The position numbers and the translations under genes were made by a program. DNA of 64,000 nucleotides, from positions 10,779,483-10,843,482 of the forward strand of contig CM082582.2 in assembly GCA_040954595.2 (NCBI GenBank). Reading direction: 5' to 3'. The notes below the pieces were generated by a model. It had not been told where the DNA came from and did no database searches. It saw only the letters and a list, made by a program, of their open reading frames with translations. The DNA comes from Balanoglossus misakiensis. Its lineage: Eukaryota; Animalia; Hemichordata. Positions within the stretch are counted from its first letter, which is position 1. Each line of letters starts with the position of its first letter. Positions 13,063-30,900 of the stretch are shown piece after piece.

Positions 13063-14676
13063 TCATGCATTCTTCTTGGGCTTGAGGACGTGTTGGATCT
13101 CATCGTAGAGCACCAGCACCAGAGCACCGCCGGTACCACGAAGCACGTTGGAGAACGCTCCCTTGAAGAATGCCCTGGTGCCCTCATTCACGTAGATCTT
13201 CTTCCAGCAGTCGATGGTGCCCTTGTAGAGGATGTCGCTACGGCCGCTCTGCATCATCATACGTCTTCTGACGGTGTCGAAGGGGTAGGACAGGATGCCG
13301 GAGCACACGGTGACAGTCTGGGCGATCAGCCAGGACAGCAGCACATTCCTCTGGTACTTGGCCGGCACGAACGACTTGACGGTGTCGAAGCAGCCGAAGT
13401 ACGACGCACGGTAGATGATGATACCTTGCACGGAGACGTTGAAGCCACGGTAGAGCCCACGCAGACCATCCGACTTGTAGATCTTGGAGAGACAGTGGCC
13501 CAGACCCTGGAATTCTCGGTCGCCAGAGACTTTGCCGACGTCGGCAGCGAGACGCGTTCTGGCGAAATCGAGAGGGTAGACGAAGCAGAGAGAGGTTGCA
13601 CCAGCGGCGCCACCAGATGCCAGATTACCGAAGAAAAACTTCCAGAAATGCTGTTTCTTGTCGATGCCAGCTACAAAGATTTGCTTGTATTTGTCCTTGA
13701 AGGCAAAATTGAGTGCCTGTGTTGGGAAATATCTGATGACATTTGCAAGGTTACCACGCCAAAGTGACACGAATCCCTGTTCCTTGGTTACTCTAACAAA
13801 ACAGTCGACGATACCCTTGTATCTATTTTCAACCGAGATCTGAGCAGAGGCATCTTGGACCTGTGGAGCAAACAGAGAACAGGGTAAGACAAGCTGTACA
13901 AAAATGAAAATTAAAGTTACTGTTTATCAATTTATAGTATCTATCCTACAGGATGACTGGTATAATCCAAGATCTGTGGATTTAAATATTACACCTGATT
14001 TCAATAGGTAGCCTACGTACCACCGGCAACAGAATCTGACTGATAGCCGGACAGATCACTGGAATATAAATGGTCCCATTGGCGCGTACCCTAACAAAAG
14101 CCGATCGATTGGCGTCGGCGTCTTTTATTGTTTGGCAGTCGGCCAGGACGGGGGCCAGTGCCGGGTTCAAGTTGCCAGAAATGTTACTAAACCAGAGTTG
14201 TGCATCACTTGGAAGTTACAACTTCAGCTATCACTATCAGGGAAATCGTACAGGACAGCGTGACACAAAATGGCGGAAAATGTAGTTCAGGGAAATCAAG
14301 GTTGTCAACGGAATTTTCACGTTTTGATGGATCGCTTTACAAAACCGCAATCGTATCTAAAATACGCTTACTTGGCATGTTGCAGTAATATTAAACACGG
14401 TCTTCCAAATGAAAAATGGGGAGAGTTTCCCTCAGAAGACAATTTGTACAAATTTACCGGCATGCCACATGGTTTATGGGGCACCGGCTTCGCACGTAGG
14501 CACCCACCCGGCTTTTCGCGATTACCACTACACTTTTCAGAATGTAACCTTACCTGAAGAAGTAGCTTTACTCTCTCGATTGGGGCTACGGCTGTCTTCG
14601 AGATGGCAGCAGCTGTTCCACCAACTGCAAGATCTTTGAAGAAGCTCTTGACTGCTTCTTCTGTGATAGCCGGCAT
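13063..14676 (-). CDS. ANT: ADP/ATP translocase (adenine nucleotide translocator, SLC25A4/5/6/31 family), 306 aa, 2 exons
   Basis: Exon 1 14554-14676 ([41 protein letters not shown]) and exon 2 13063-13860 (VQDASAQI...[26 protein letters not shown]...[13 protein letters not shown]...[15 protein letters not shown]), joined in phase 0 by a GT-AG intron. Carries the RRRMMM ANT signature and carrier PxD/ExxK/R motifs. Confidence 0.97.
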
Positions 14677-14744
14677 GGTTGTCGATGTTCAGGAGTAATG
14701 GACGTCGGCAAAATGGACGAGTGTGTGGGAAACGGGGCCGGTCA

Positions 14745-15290
14745 ATACGTCACTGGGCGTCTGGCATGGAATTTATAGTAAATCAATGCGCACTTTACTA
14801 AAAATAGTTTTATAAACTAGAACTTCGGACACAGAGGAATAGTTTACCCGTGTAGATTTATCCTTGAAAAGGAATGAACTTTGTAAAGTCGACACATTTC
14901 TGTGCTGTCTTTCGATGTATAAAGTTAAATATTTTATGAAGTTCGGATGGATATACTAGATCAATGAGGTGTGCAACGACTGAGTACACGTGACGTGTAA
15001 CCTTTTTTGGCATTATGGGTAAAACTTGAGTGCATGTCTTGACTGGACAATAGCCGCGTTTTATTTGAGATACCGCATATAACACCCTCCAAAGTTGCGG
15101 GGAAATTATTTGCAGTTCGAATGTGTCAATTGTCTTCCACTACAAGAAACGCCACCATCCCAAAGCATGGCACAGCTTAGTAACGATGGCGTCAAATTAA
15201 TATTCATGACCATATCATATGCATATTAGTATGCTAATATGAACTTGCTTCAGTCATATGAAGGTCAAATGGGGAGTTATGAAGGTCATG
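14745..15290 (-). promoter_or_regulatory. ANT upstream region with TATA-like, MEF2, E-box, CArG and paired ERR-like sites
   Basis: CTATAAA on the minus strand at ~14772-14778, CTAAAAATAG at 14798-14807, CACGTG at ~14987, CCTTTTTTGG at 15001-15010, and TATGAAGGTCA at 15257-15267 and 15278-15288. Confidence 0.45.
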
Positions 15291-16098
15291 CTGGAAAACC
15301 AATGCACTATGAGTTTACTATGTCAACGAAACAGACAGCTACTGTCTGAAATACAGACATGGTCGATGATGGTTGATCTGGTACCTGCTTTCATTTTTTT
15401 TTGGGGGGGGGGGTAACACACATGACACATAATGACATATGTATGGTAACTGTTTGTGTAATTTTGACATTGCATCGTCCCTTTGACAGCAATTTTGCTA
15501 ATACGAGTGACGTATGTATTCATGGATGTACCACAGACACCCACGCACACTTGCTCAGTGAACAAAGAGTTTATTTCTAGCATTGACCTTTGACTGTCAA
15601 AAGCATTTCCTTTTATGGTGTACGTAGTATTACAAACGATTAGATTAACGTATTTGGTCATTTGTCGCTTCCCACTTAATTTCAACGATAATCTTATAAG
15701 TAATGAATTTACAAAATGATATTACATTGTATATGCAGTGTTGACATACACTGTAATAGAAGCTTTTTGTTAGTGGACAGAAAAGCAGTTTTGACGAATA
15801 CAAGATATCTTTTCATAATAATTTTTATTTTAAGCTTTTAGCACCCAAGCGGGTGCATCTTTTCAAATTATTTCCATGATTTTGATTTCAAACTAAAGTT
15901 ACGCTTTTTTAAACTCAGAGATGTGTATCTGCTTATTATAACACAGTGAAACACGATATATTAAGAGGCAGGCTGAGATGTTTTTATTTTTATGATTTTT
16001 TTTTGTCATTTTGAAAACCAACACTCTGTGTTACACTTAAATTACACTGTTGTCCATTCTTTCAAAAGTTGACTTGTTCACTACGTCCGTCCGCTTTG

Positions 16099-21615
<5,517 letters not shown>

Positions 21616-22129
21616 TATTGGAACAGTGCACGTAAGAGCCCTTAAAGAGCTGGATGTAATCTTAAAATTGCGATTTAAACGGCAAAGGATCAGTGACATC
21701 AAACTTTACAGATTTCCGAAAACAGAACACGATGTTTCACATGTAAGTCGCCATCTTGTTGGTACGAGCTATAATGTGCGGAGGATCCAGTAAGATACAT
21801 TGCATTGTCACAAATGAAAACAACGAAATCAAGAAACTGTTTTATTGAATTATAAAGCGAGTTTAGTATTGATTTGACACTGTGTCATGTTCTATTGTCA
21901 AAATGGCTAAACATTGATAGGTATCTCAGTGCTGAAAGTATATGGACATCCCTAGAAAGAAATGGTCTGATCTTTCCTGTTAAAATTATTAACCTCGAAC
22001 CAGGTGTAATATTTAAGACAAAGATTGGACAGTTGAGACGCATTATCCTTTGCAGTTATAACTTTATTCAGACAAAAAGAAATTTATTACTGTATAGCTT
22101 TAATATTCTCTTCGGTAATTGACATGTTT

Positions 22130-22900
22130 TAGATCAAAATAATATTAAAAATAAAGTCCAATTTACATTTTCCGTACACCTAGGCATCTTTCTCGACAGT
22201 ACGTGCTTTGTTGGGCCGTGCTCTAAAGCTGACTGTATTTGAAATAATTTTGAAAGTACGAAGAGAAATTTTGATATTACTCTAGAGTCACCATAGCATG
22301 AGTACGGTGGGACATCGGTAAGTGTCAATCCCATCGCTTATTCTCTCTAGAAAACGACGAATTTTACATTTTCTTCGTTTCACCCGACGAACCCACAAGC
22401 CATTGCCAAAATTAACAATAATGGCAAACTTAGAGAGCTTTATAATGAAAGGATAAGTAACGTTGGTGGCGCAAGTCCATGGATTCAAAAACACTTCAGT
22501 CACATCATATGTCATATGTCGCGTTACATTATTAAAAGGAGAAAGTCTCTCCCTTGCTGCCCTTTTCCCATTAAGTATGTTTGATACAAGACACCATTGT
22601 ATATAGTGAATATGGGGTCTTTTCAAAATTGTCTTAAAATTAAGACTTTCAAAATGGCCGCCAAATTTGAGGTTCAAAATGGCCGCCTATATCTGTGCTT
22701 AGTCTATGGAATTCAAAATGGCCGCCAAATTTAGGGACTTTGAAAATCTCTATGGTAAACATTATGTAGAAATTTTACTCATAGTTCAACCACACACACC
22801 TTCCATCCCACTTGTAGACGGGAGAGCAAAATGAATATTCGGTGTTTACCATTTATTCATTTTGGCGAGATTTTTACTCTCATATCCTACAAACGTGATG
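22130..22900. mobile_element. Probable non-autonomous DNA transposon fragment with three TTCAAAATGGCCGCC repeats and a terminal hairpin
   Basis: TTCAAAATGGCCGCC occurs three times in 22648-22726; inverted repeat CAAAATGAATA...TATTCATTTTG at ~22828-22864; no coding signal. Confidence 0.4.
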
Positions 22901-23654
22901 GTTGAATGTTGATTCACTATATATCCACATGTGCATTAGCATAGACAGTGTAGTGAATCAAACATAATAAATGGGAAAAGAAGAGTGAGAGAGAGACTTT
23001 GTCCCTTTAAGTGTAATAAGAATCTTTAAATTCAAACGGAGATTTACCAGACGACCTCGAATATTCAGTATCACTAGATTCTCTCTCACAGTCTCTGAGT
23101 AACACTACCCATACATGAGCTGTGTGTGAAACTTGGAAAGTGTATTTTTAATTAAAAGGATAAAACACACAATAATGTGCACAGAACTCACATTGATCTA
23201 CTAGAACATGTACTTGAAAATTATCATTATATGCCTTATGTTTGAATATTTCATTGTTCCCAACATTTAACATAATTTACAATATTTTCTAGGGTGTTAC
23301 TCACAGTTGAATATCTATGATTACCAAGACAGATCACTTTACCCGTATTTTTTACACTTGTCAATTAGCAGCTACAGATATATTATGATATCACTATAGG
23401 CATAATTTTCTTTTGTATTATTGGCTTGCTTTGAATTCTGCTGGTATGTTTCTTCAGTTAAATTAAGGTGGCACTGCATACATGTATTATCTGTGGGAAC
23501 CCTCACACACCTTACAAGCGGTAGGCTAATTTGCATCTGAAACAAATGACAAGAATGTTGTCATATTTTCTTGATTTATGAACGATTCTGTTTGATATAC
23601 CAGAGTACCAAATCCCCTGAGGATTATAATTATGGGCTTTGACTATTATTCACA

Positions 23655-23790
23655 TGGACAAATGAGAGACACTTCAATTGAATAATAAATTTTACTCTAT
23701 AAATAGGTAATTAAAATATTCAATGTTTTTATTATCCATTAATAGAGTAAAATTATTATGATCCAGGGTCTTCCATATTTGTGCCAACAG
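23655..23790. repeat. AT-rich foldback palindrome (MITE-like)
   Basis: ATAATAAATTTTACTCTATAAATAGGTAATTAAAATATT is nearly the reverse complement of AATGTTTTTATTATCCATTAATAGAGTAAAATTATTAT (23682-23759). Flanks are weakly complementary as well. Confidence 0.7.
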
Positions 23791-24079
23791 GTACATTGGC
23801 TGTTATATCCCTGCATAGTACGCTGTGCTATTTATATCAGAGCCACATGCATTTGAACCATATGTGACATCTGAAAGTAGGATATATTCATATTGAAAGA
23901 GGAAATTAGAAACTAAATGAGGCAATTTGTGCAAGTTAAAACGAATAATCACAAAATAAGTTTATGGGTGAAAGTACATGTATACTAGAACTGAAATGTT
24001 GTTCATGTGATTTGGAGATTAGATTTGGTCTGTGTCCATGGACATTTACACATTTGAAATGTGCAATGTCCAAACTTCA

Positions 24080-24640
24080 AGCGTGCCAGTTCTGTAAATC
24101 CTTTTTACCCATGAAAACTTTTACCATTCTGTCCTTTTTACAGCCATGAGTGACTGCTTCAAGTGTTTGATCTGTGGTCGCGTCTGCGATGATCTGACTC
24201 AACTCTCTGATCACATCACCAATCACCATGTGCGAGAGGAGCAAGACTTGGCATCCGTCACCAACTTCCTGGCAGCTCTGCAACAAGTAAATTCGAGTGA
24301 GTAACACATCATCAATACATGTAGACTTTTGAATGCCCTGTCTTTTGAAGAGGTATTAAACTCTTAAAACAGACAGACAGCCTGGCACTGAGATTTTAAG
24401 AGAGAATCTGTATGTTTGCTGAAAGGTTACCATGGAAATACACTGGTCACAGACAATAAAATTGTGCAAGTGTAGTGGTGATAAAATCATGCCGTTTACA
24501 ACCGTGCCTCGGGGCTTCACCGAGGAGAACTGGCAACTCGCCTGCACTATGCAGATCAACAGCACTGATAGATCTGTGCAGTCACCGTGTGAAACTGTTT
24601 AGCTGCAAAATGAACCATGCCAGCTTTAACTTTCATCGTG
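24080..24640 (-). mobile_element. Degraded reverse-transcriptase remnant, DIRS/Ngaro-like
   Basis: Minus-strand fragments in RT order across frameshifts: HFAAKQFHTVT, AVDLHSA, YRFSLKISVP and LFKRQGIQKSTCIDDVLL (compare DIRS 'LRxQGIRxxxYLDDIL'). Confidence 0.4.
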
Positions 24641-24894
24641 GGAATTTAATCACGGCAAACAAGCAGAACTGTTGGCTGGTAATCTGACTCTCAAACTAGA
24701 AAACTTTGTCGGTGCACGATGCCCTAGAATTTAGAAAGAGTCCGACAGACCAGTGTGAGAAAATACACCACCAGTCGGTCATGAGAACACTCATAGACAA
24801 CACTGCCCCCTCTAGCTGCACTGTACATTATGTGGAGAGACTCGACTGAGACAACCAAGACAACAGTGTTTCACTTTCATCTTGGGTTGTTCAA

Positions 24895-24995
24895 TTAACC
24901 TTTTCACCTAGGGCCTGGGGCACGTGATTGGATCTAGTTGTTTGCAATGGAGAGGGGATTGGCCCAGCGGTCGCGCCCAGGTCAGAAAGGGTCAA
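24895..24995. mobile_element. Small piggyBac-like MITE relic
   Basis: TTAA-CCTTTTCACCTAGGGC ... GCCCAGGTCAGAAAGGG-TCAA: imperfect terminal inverted repeats with TTAA-like flanks. Confidence 0.3.
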
Positions 24996-26130
24996 GCCAT
25001 TCAATAAATTAAAAAAGAATGAGTTTGTGCAGAAAGTGTGTTGGCTTCACAGTTAGAGATAAGAAAAAAAAAGATATGTTTTCTATTTCTTTTGGTGGCA
25101 GGCAGGCATATGTACTGCACACAAGCAATTGTGATATACTGGTAGGAAGATGTCACTATAAAATTCAAAAGTTGACTTAAGCTATTCTGCATTACATCAT
25201 TGCTGACTTACATACTGTAGTTGCTTTCTTATGTCCATGGTTCATTGACATTTTTGTTGTATCTATCAATCACACCCTGTCTAAATTTATGGCTGTGGTC
25301 ACACTGTACCAGTCACAGAGCTCTCAAACACACTCTAAATTGGTATCGTAGGTGAAAATATTTTGACCAACCATTTTCCGTTGCTAAGTATTCGGCACAA
25401 AGGTGTGTCCCCATTTGTTTTGAATGACTGAGTGGGTTCATGTACAAGGAAGTTGAATGAATTTATATATCAGGCCAAGAGGTCAGTCTGTCTAAACATC
25501 TGCAGGAACATTGAGTACATATATTTAAACCAAGTAAATTGTGATACATTTGGAGTTAACAGTTTCATTGAATTCTTATTTTTCTATTTCCTTTCCCTGA
25601 GTGACATAGAATGTTGTGAAAGTTTCTCAGCAGTAATTGAGAAGCCATCTGCTTTCAGATTGCATTTCAAGAAAAATGGGAGATTAGGCGTATGTATGGG
25701 ATGTTCAGCTTAGATCATTATTCCAAGTATGGAAGTATTTCTAAATGTTGCCTTATCTAGCATTTCACAGCTTGATTTGTCATCATCATCCACATGAAGA
25801 GATGATAAAATACCAAACAAATTGCCACAAGCACAGTGCTGCTTATTTTTTTACACCAGGGAAAAAAGCTGTCAGCGGAAAATGATGGCTGTTGATGTGG
25901 GTACATGATAAAATGTGCATCGTTTGAACTCTGAATCGCATTTCAGGGTCCCATGGCACAAGGCTTCTTCGCGCAGCCAGCCAGTGTGACAAGCTACAGA
26001 CAGCAGTTAGTCATCAGCACTTGAGATTTTTCTTCCTGCACTGGTATTTATTTATGTGGATTTATGAGGATGTCAGAGCTCTTGCACCTGATCAGACAGT
26101 CAATTTTTTGTCTTTCATTTTTCTCTGCAG

Positions 26131-28998
26131 AAAGGGATCTGAAGGAGACGCAAATGAAGATAGCTGCCCCTGGTGACGATGTTCATCTCAGCGACGTTGG
26201 GGCTGCAGCTGACGTCAGCATGGAAGCACTCATCACATGTTCTGACGAGTGCAGCAGTGACACACTGCAAAAAGACTTACAGGTTAGTTCTGCCCTGTGT
26301 GCCAAATCTGATAAAAGATTGTCAGGGACAGTGAGAAAAAAAACGGTCGGGGGCTCCTGCAGACGACCTTCGAAAAGATCACGCTGCAATCGGAATGACG
26401 TTGATGTGGAAAATGCAGGATTAAATCAAAATGAGATGGGAGAAACACTTGTGGATCAGTACAGAGATAGCCTTGACCGTGTCGGCTGTGAGGGATCCTC
26501 TGAGAAGCACACACAGGAATATGCTGTACGGAAAGAAAACAAAGTTACTTCGGAGGGAAGGCTCGAGGAATCGATCGGCTGTCATGATTTGGGGACAAGC
26601 CATAAAATCTCCAGACTCAAGGAGTCTGACCGTCTCTACTGTCCAACGTGTGAGGTTGTATTTGCTGGTGTTGATGATTTCAAAGGACACAGGTGCACTG
26701 GTACATCCGTCTCAAAAGTACGGTCATCGCTTCGAATTAAACAACGGAACGTCAGAAGACAAGCCATTAAACGTCAGCTCAGCCCTGGTGATGTCGAATC
26801 CCGCGGTCGTTCAGATATCACAACTGCACCAGAACAGGAGAATGGTGGACTGAGTCAGACTACACAACATGATGGACCTTGTTTTGTGTGCAAGATCTGT
26901 GAAAAGATGTTCAAGTGCAAAGTGAGATTGAGACAGCACGAAAGTGGACATGGCTCCTCCTCTCTCCAGTGCGAACTTTGTGAGAAACAATTTCTGCGCA
27001 AAAATCTCTTGACTAGCCACATGAAAACTGCCCATGCCCGACAGAGGAAACCGCAACCGTTTCCGTGCGACCAGTGTGAACACGTTGCCTACTCGCGAAA
27101 CGGACTCAAGCGCCACCAGGCTCTGCGGCATTTCGATGGCCGAACGTTCAAATGCACGTACGAGAAGTGCGAGTCGGCTTTCGGGCTCAAAGACGATCTG
27201 GTCAGACACGTAGCTGCGGTGCACGAGAGCAGCAAGCACAAGTACAAGTGCGAATTCTGTTCTCGCACGTTTTTGCACAAGACGAAATTCGACACGCACC
27301 GCTACTCCCACGACAAGACGTTAAGCCCGCACGTGTGCAAGGAGTGCAACAGAGGCTTCAGCACAGGAGACGCGTTAGAGGGACATATTTTAACAATTCA
27401 TGAAAACAAACGACCGTTCAAATGCGAACACTGTGACAAAGCTTATACGAAGAAATACGCCCTGGATCAGCACATGAGAAAGCATACAGGTTAGTTTCTT
27501 TTCTTCTTGATTTAACTTGATTAAAGCTAATGACAGCCCGCCCACCTGGAGAGTTAGAGGCTGAACACAAAAGTACATCGGTCTGAGAATTGACACTTTC
27601 TGCAGTCTGCCTGTTACATAATGATAGACCAGATGTTCCACATCTGTTGCATGTACAGTATGTGTTTTTATCACATTTTTGGCACTATTTTGAACATCAA
27701 CCTTATAAGCATGGATATTGAAAGGGGCCTGCCTGTATTGTATCCAGTATTACTTAGTTCTGTCCTATAAAACATTCTGGTGTTAATTTTCCATCACAAT
27801 GAATACATCAGTACATATTAATATCAACAGCCATTATACCCCAGTCACACTGCAATGCATAGTATAGTGAGTAGAACCGGCAGCCAAACAGGGTACCACC
27901 TCCCTTGCTTCTAAATTAAATTTAGCTGACCAACCAACCATTGTCACTGTTTACATCAATATACTACACAGCGTAAATGCTGGTAGTGTGAATGAGCACG
28001 ACTTTTGCGTTTGAAAGGATGATGCGGCTCGAAATAAATTTGATAGCTATAAACACCTCTGGATCTGTGCTACATCTGTGCAAGTATTTGCATGTTCAAC
28101 CATGGAGAGTACTTCTGTTCTATAAATACCCAGATATGCTTGGTGGCTGTGCAGTGAGGTGTAGGTGTGAAGCAATAGACAGTACAGTCATCCATGACTG
28201 CATGGGGTACTAAATGATGTGATGGTGTTGGGACAAATTCTCAGTTATGCTGTTTTTCCCTCCTGATTTTGAGTTGACAATTTCTATGTAAAACATCGTA
28301 CACCTGTTTCACGTCTAATGAGATGCTTATTGTTTGATCACTTGTCCTGCACAGGTGAAAAGATCAGCAAATGCTCGATCTGCGAAGAGATGTTCGTGAA
28401 CGCCAGTGAACGACGGCACCACATGAAGAACGAACACGGCGTCGGTCACCCCTGCTCAGATTGCGGCGCCCTCTTCATATCCGAGTACAAGTGCAAACAG
28501 CACGCGGTCAAACAGCACACCAATCAGAAACAGCTGCTGTGTAATTTATGCAAGAAGAGCGTGGCGACCACGGCCGAACTCCAGGAGCACTTGACGACGT
28601 TTCACCGAATTGAGAACTCTTCCCTGACGGAGACAGAGCAAGGAGACGCGGGTGCGCCCGCCGTCGGGGCAAATACAGAAATCGACTACCACGAAGACAG
28701 CGTCTTGGCAGCCGAACCAGACAAAATCAATGACAGTAATAACATTCAAATCATCGAGACTCCAGTCATCGCCATGCAGCACGGTGGCGACGGCAACGGC
28801 GATCATGTGATCTTCGTCGAGTCCAGTGAATTAGAAGCACCTCTACACGCAGAAAGCAAGACAATGATCGTCTACTTCTGTCCGACTGATAACTCAGAAT
28901 CTATTGCATCTCAGGATGGCAGTGAACTTGAAACCCCACAAGATGTGCCCCTGACTGAAAATGACCTTCAGGAGAACAGTGAAAGTATTGTCATGTAA
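26131..28998 (+). CDS. C2H2 zinc-finger protein (about 10 C2H2 fingers plus one atypical C2HC), acidic C-terminus; 5' end unresolved
   Basis: Exon 26131-27489 (acceptor ttctctgcag, donor G|gttagt) joins exon 28355-28998 in phase 1 to give HMRKHTG|EKISKC. Repeated CxxC..H..H units and linkers such as HENKRPFKC. Confidence 0.88.
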
Positions 28999-30689
28999 AA
29001 GTGTGTAATCTTAAACCAACAGATCAGCATCTATATTTTTTATATATTCCAAGGGCATGTGATTTTAAGATCGTCTTCCTAAATGATGACACACAATATA
29101 ATAATCAGTAAACAACAGTCGCATTGTTTTGATAACATTTAAAAGAACAGGTACATACACATGAATAATTAAAGATTGGCTCAAGGAGTCTTTGGTATGC
29201 TATTGTTCTACTTTGGCATCAGTTTCGTAGGTGTTTGTGTACAGGGTAATAAGCGTGGGCAGAAACACTCCACCCCCTGCATGCAAGTACATATTGTCAG
29301 ACAACAAACAAACTTTGTCATTGTTCCTGGTGAGCTTCTGTTTATGATTGATAGCTAGACGACAAAGGAACACAATGAAACAAGCAACTTGTCCACCCAG
29401 ACACTGAATTCAGACAGAGATGAATGATTGAAGTCGTTCACTTTTCACCTCTCTTGAACAATTCTTGTAGACTTTGAGATCACAGAGACATACAGTAACA
29501 CTAATGGAAACCATTAAAAGAGTTTTTTTTTTTCTATTCTGATGTTTGGAAATCTGAAACGCACTAGGAGCAAAAAGCCCCCCCCCCCCCCCCTCCCATG
29601 GAAATTGTCCACCCCTTATTTTGCCAGGTCACCTCGTTGCGTGGGAAGATATGAAACTGTTTTGTACCCAATCCGCACACCAGTCTTTTAGTGCCCGTGT
29701 TTGTACCTAAACAATAACACTACTATTTTCATCCGGCCGCAGAAAACAAAAATGATAAATGACATTCAAAAAGATTAAAAATTCAACAAATTTTCGACGA
29801 GGTTGGTTAAAAATTACATGGGTATTCACCCACAATGTGTGCAATCGACCGTGTCAATTTTTCGCTGGCAAACATTCTCAGTGGTCGGTCAGTAAACTTT
29901 CACCACCCACATACTATCAGAACCATACATATATATCACCCAGCTCACGTCCGATTTAATCCGCCTCGCTTGACAATAACCCACTGTATTAAAGAGAGCA
30001 AAGGCATCTGGGTCGCTCTGAGGTAAAGGTCAGCGTGCTGTATAGGAGAAAGAGTGCCCTGTGCTTTAAAGTGTGAAGATCTGCATATGACCGAAAATGA
30101 CTAAACGTCGCACACGTTAAAGACGAACTGCAAACCAAAACGATTTTTTTATTGCTAGTTCATGTGGACAGCAAGGTCGAAAATTAGATGTAGGCTAAAG
30201 GAGGGGTGGATTTTCGTACTTATTTTCCTTGTGTCATAAGAGCGAGAAAATTATCAAAGCCCTGCGAGCTGCCATTTTTTCGATTTTTTCCACGATTTTC
30301 TAAGTTGGTTTGGTCCATTAAAATAAGCTTACTGATAAACGGGTGCCACACACCTGTTGTTGTTCGGGGAAAACGTTTCCTGGAAATGTACACTTGACAT
30401 TCGACCTATACGTATATTCGAGGTTGTCTTTGGAAGATGGCACATTTGAAAAAGTTTTGTGATTTTTGTCAATAGGTTCCCAAACAAATATTTTAATGTA
30501 CTGACATTGAATGAATGAGATGGTTTGGAGGCTGAGATAAGCGCCCACCAGAAGTTGGAGCTATGTCCATAAACGCAAACCGAAAAGTGAAGTGAAAAAG
30601 ACATAAATGGGGCATTGTCGATATGAGTATTGCATGTGGTAAGTTGAACCATTATTTTTCCATATTTTCTCATTTTAACAGCACAGCCT

Positions 30690-30900
30690 GGGTCTATAAA
30701 AGACAAGTCTGCGTCTGATTCTTTCCGCCATGACCCAGACGACTCTTCGTTGTTTAAATTTAAAAATTGCCTCCGCCTTTCTTGATCCAGATATCGATGT
30801 TTGACGTCAGGGTGTCATATCTGATGCTGCAGATTCATGCAAAGCGCTCAGATATTCCTTTCTCCACAATGTAAATCATACTCCGCATGCATACACAAAT
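30690..30900 (-). mobile_element. Possible decayed BEL/Pao LTR-retrotransposon integrase C-terminal remnant
   Basis: Minus-strand LWRKEYLSALHES followed by KQRRVVWVMAERIRR resembles Pao 'FWxRWxKEYLxxLRE...RxxWxxGRI'. In-frame stops are present. Confidence 0.33.

Noticed and set aside
13045-13767. 240-aa plus-strand ORF exactly antisense to ANT exon 2
   Set aside because: It is in codon register with ANT, starts at TTG and has no recognisable domain. Strong C/G third-position bias removes antisense stops, a common artefact in highly expressed genes.
22648-22726. Three spaced TTCAAAATGGCCGCC repeats resembling a CRISPR-like array
   Set aside because: Eukaryotic context, repeats too short, irregular spacers and no cas genes. 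Typical sub-terminal repeats of invertebrate DNA transposons.
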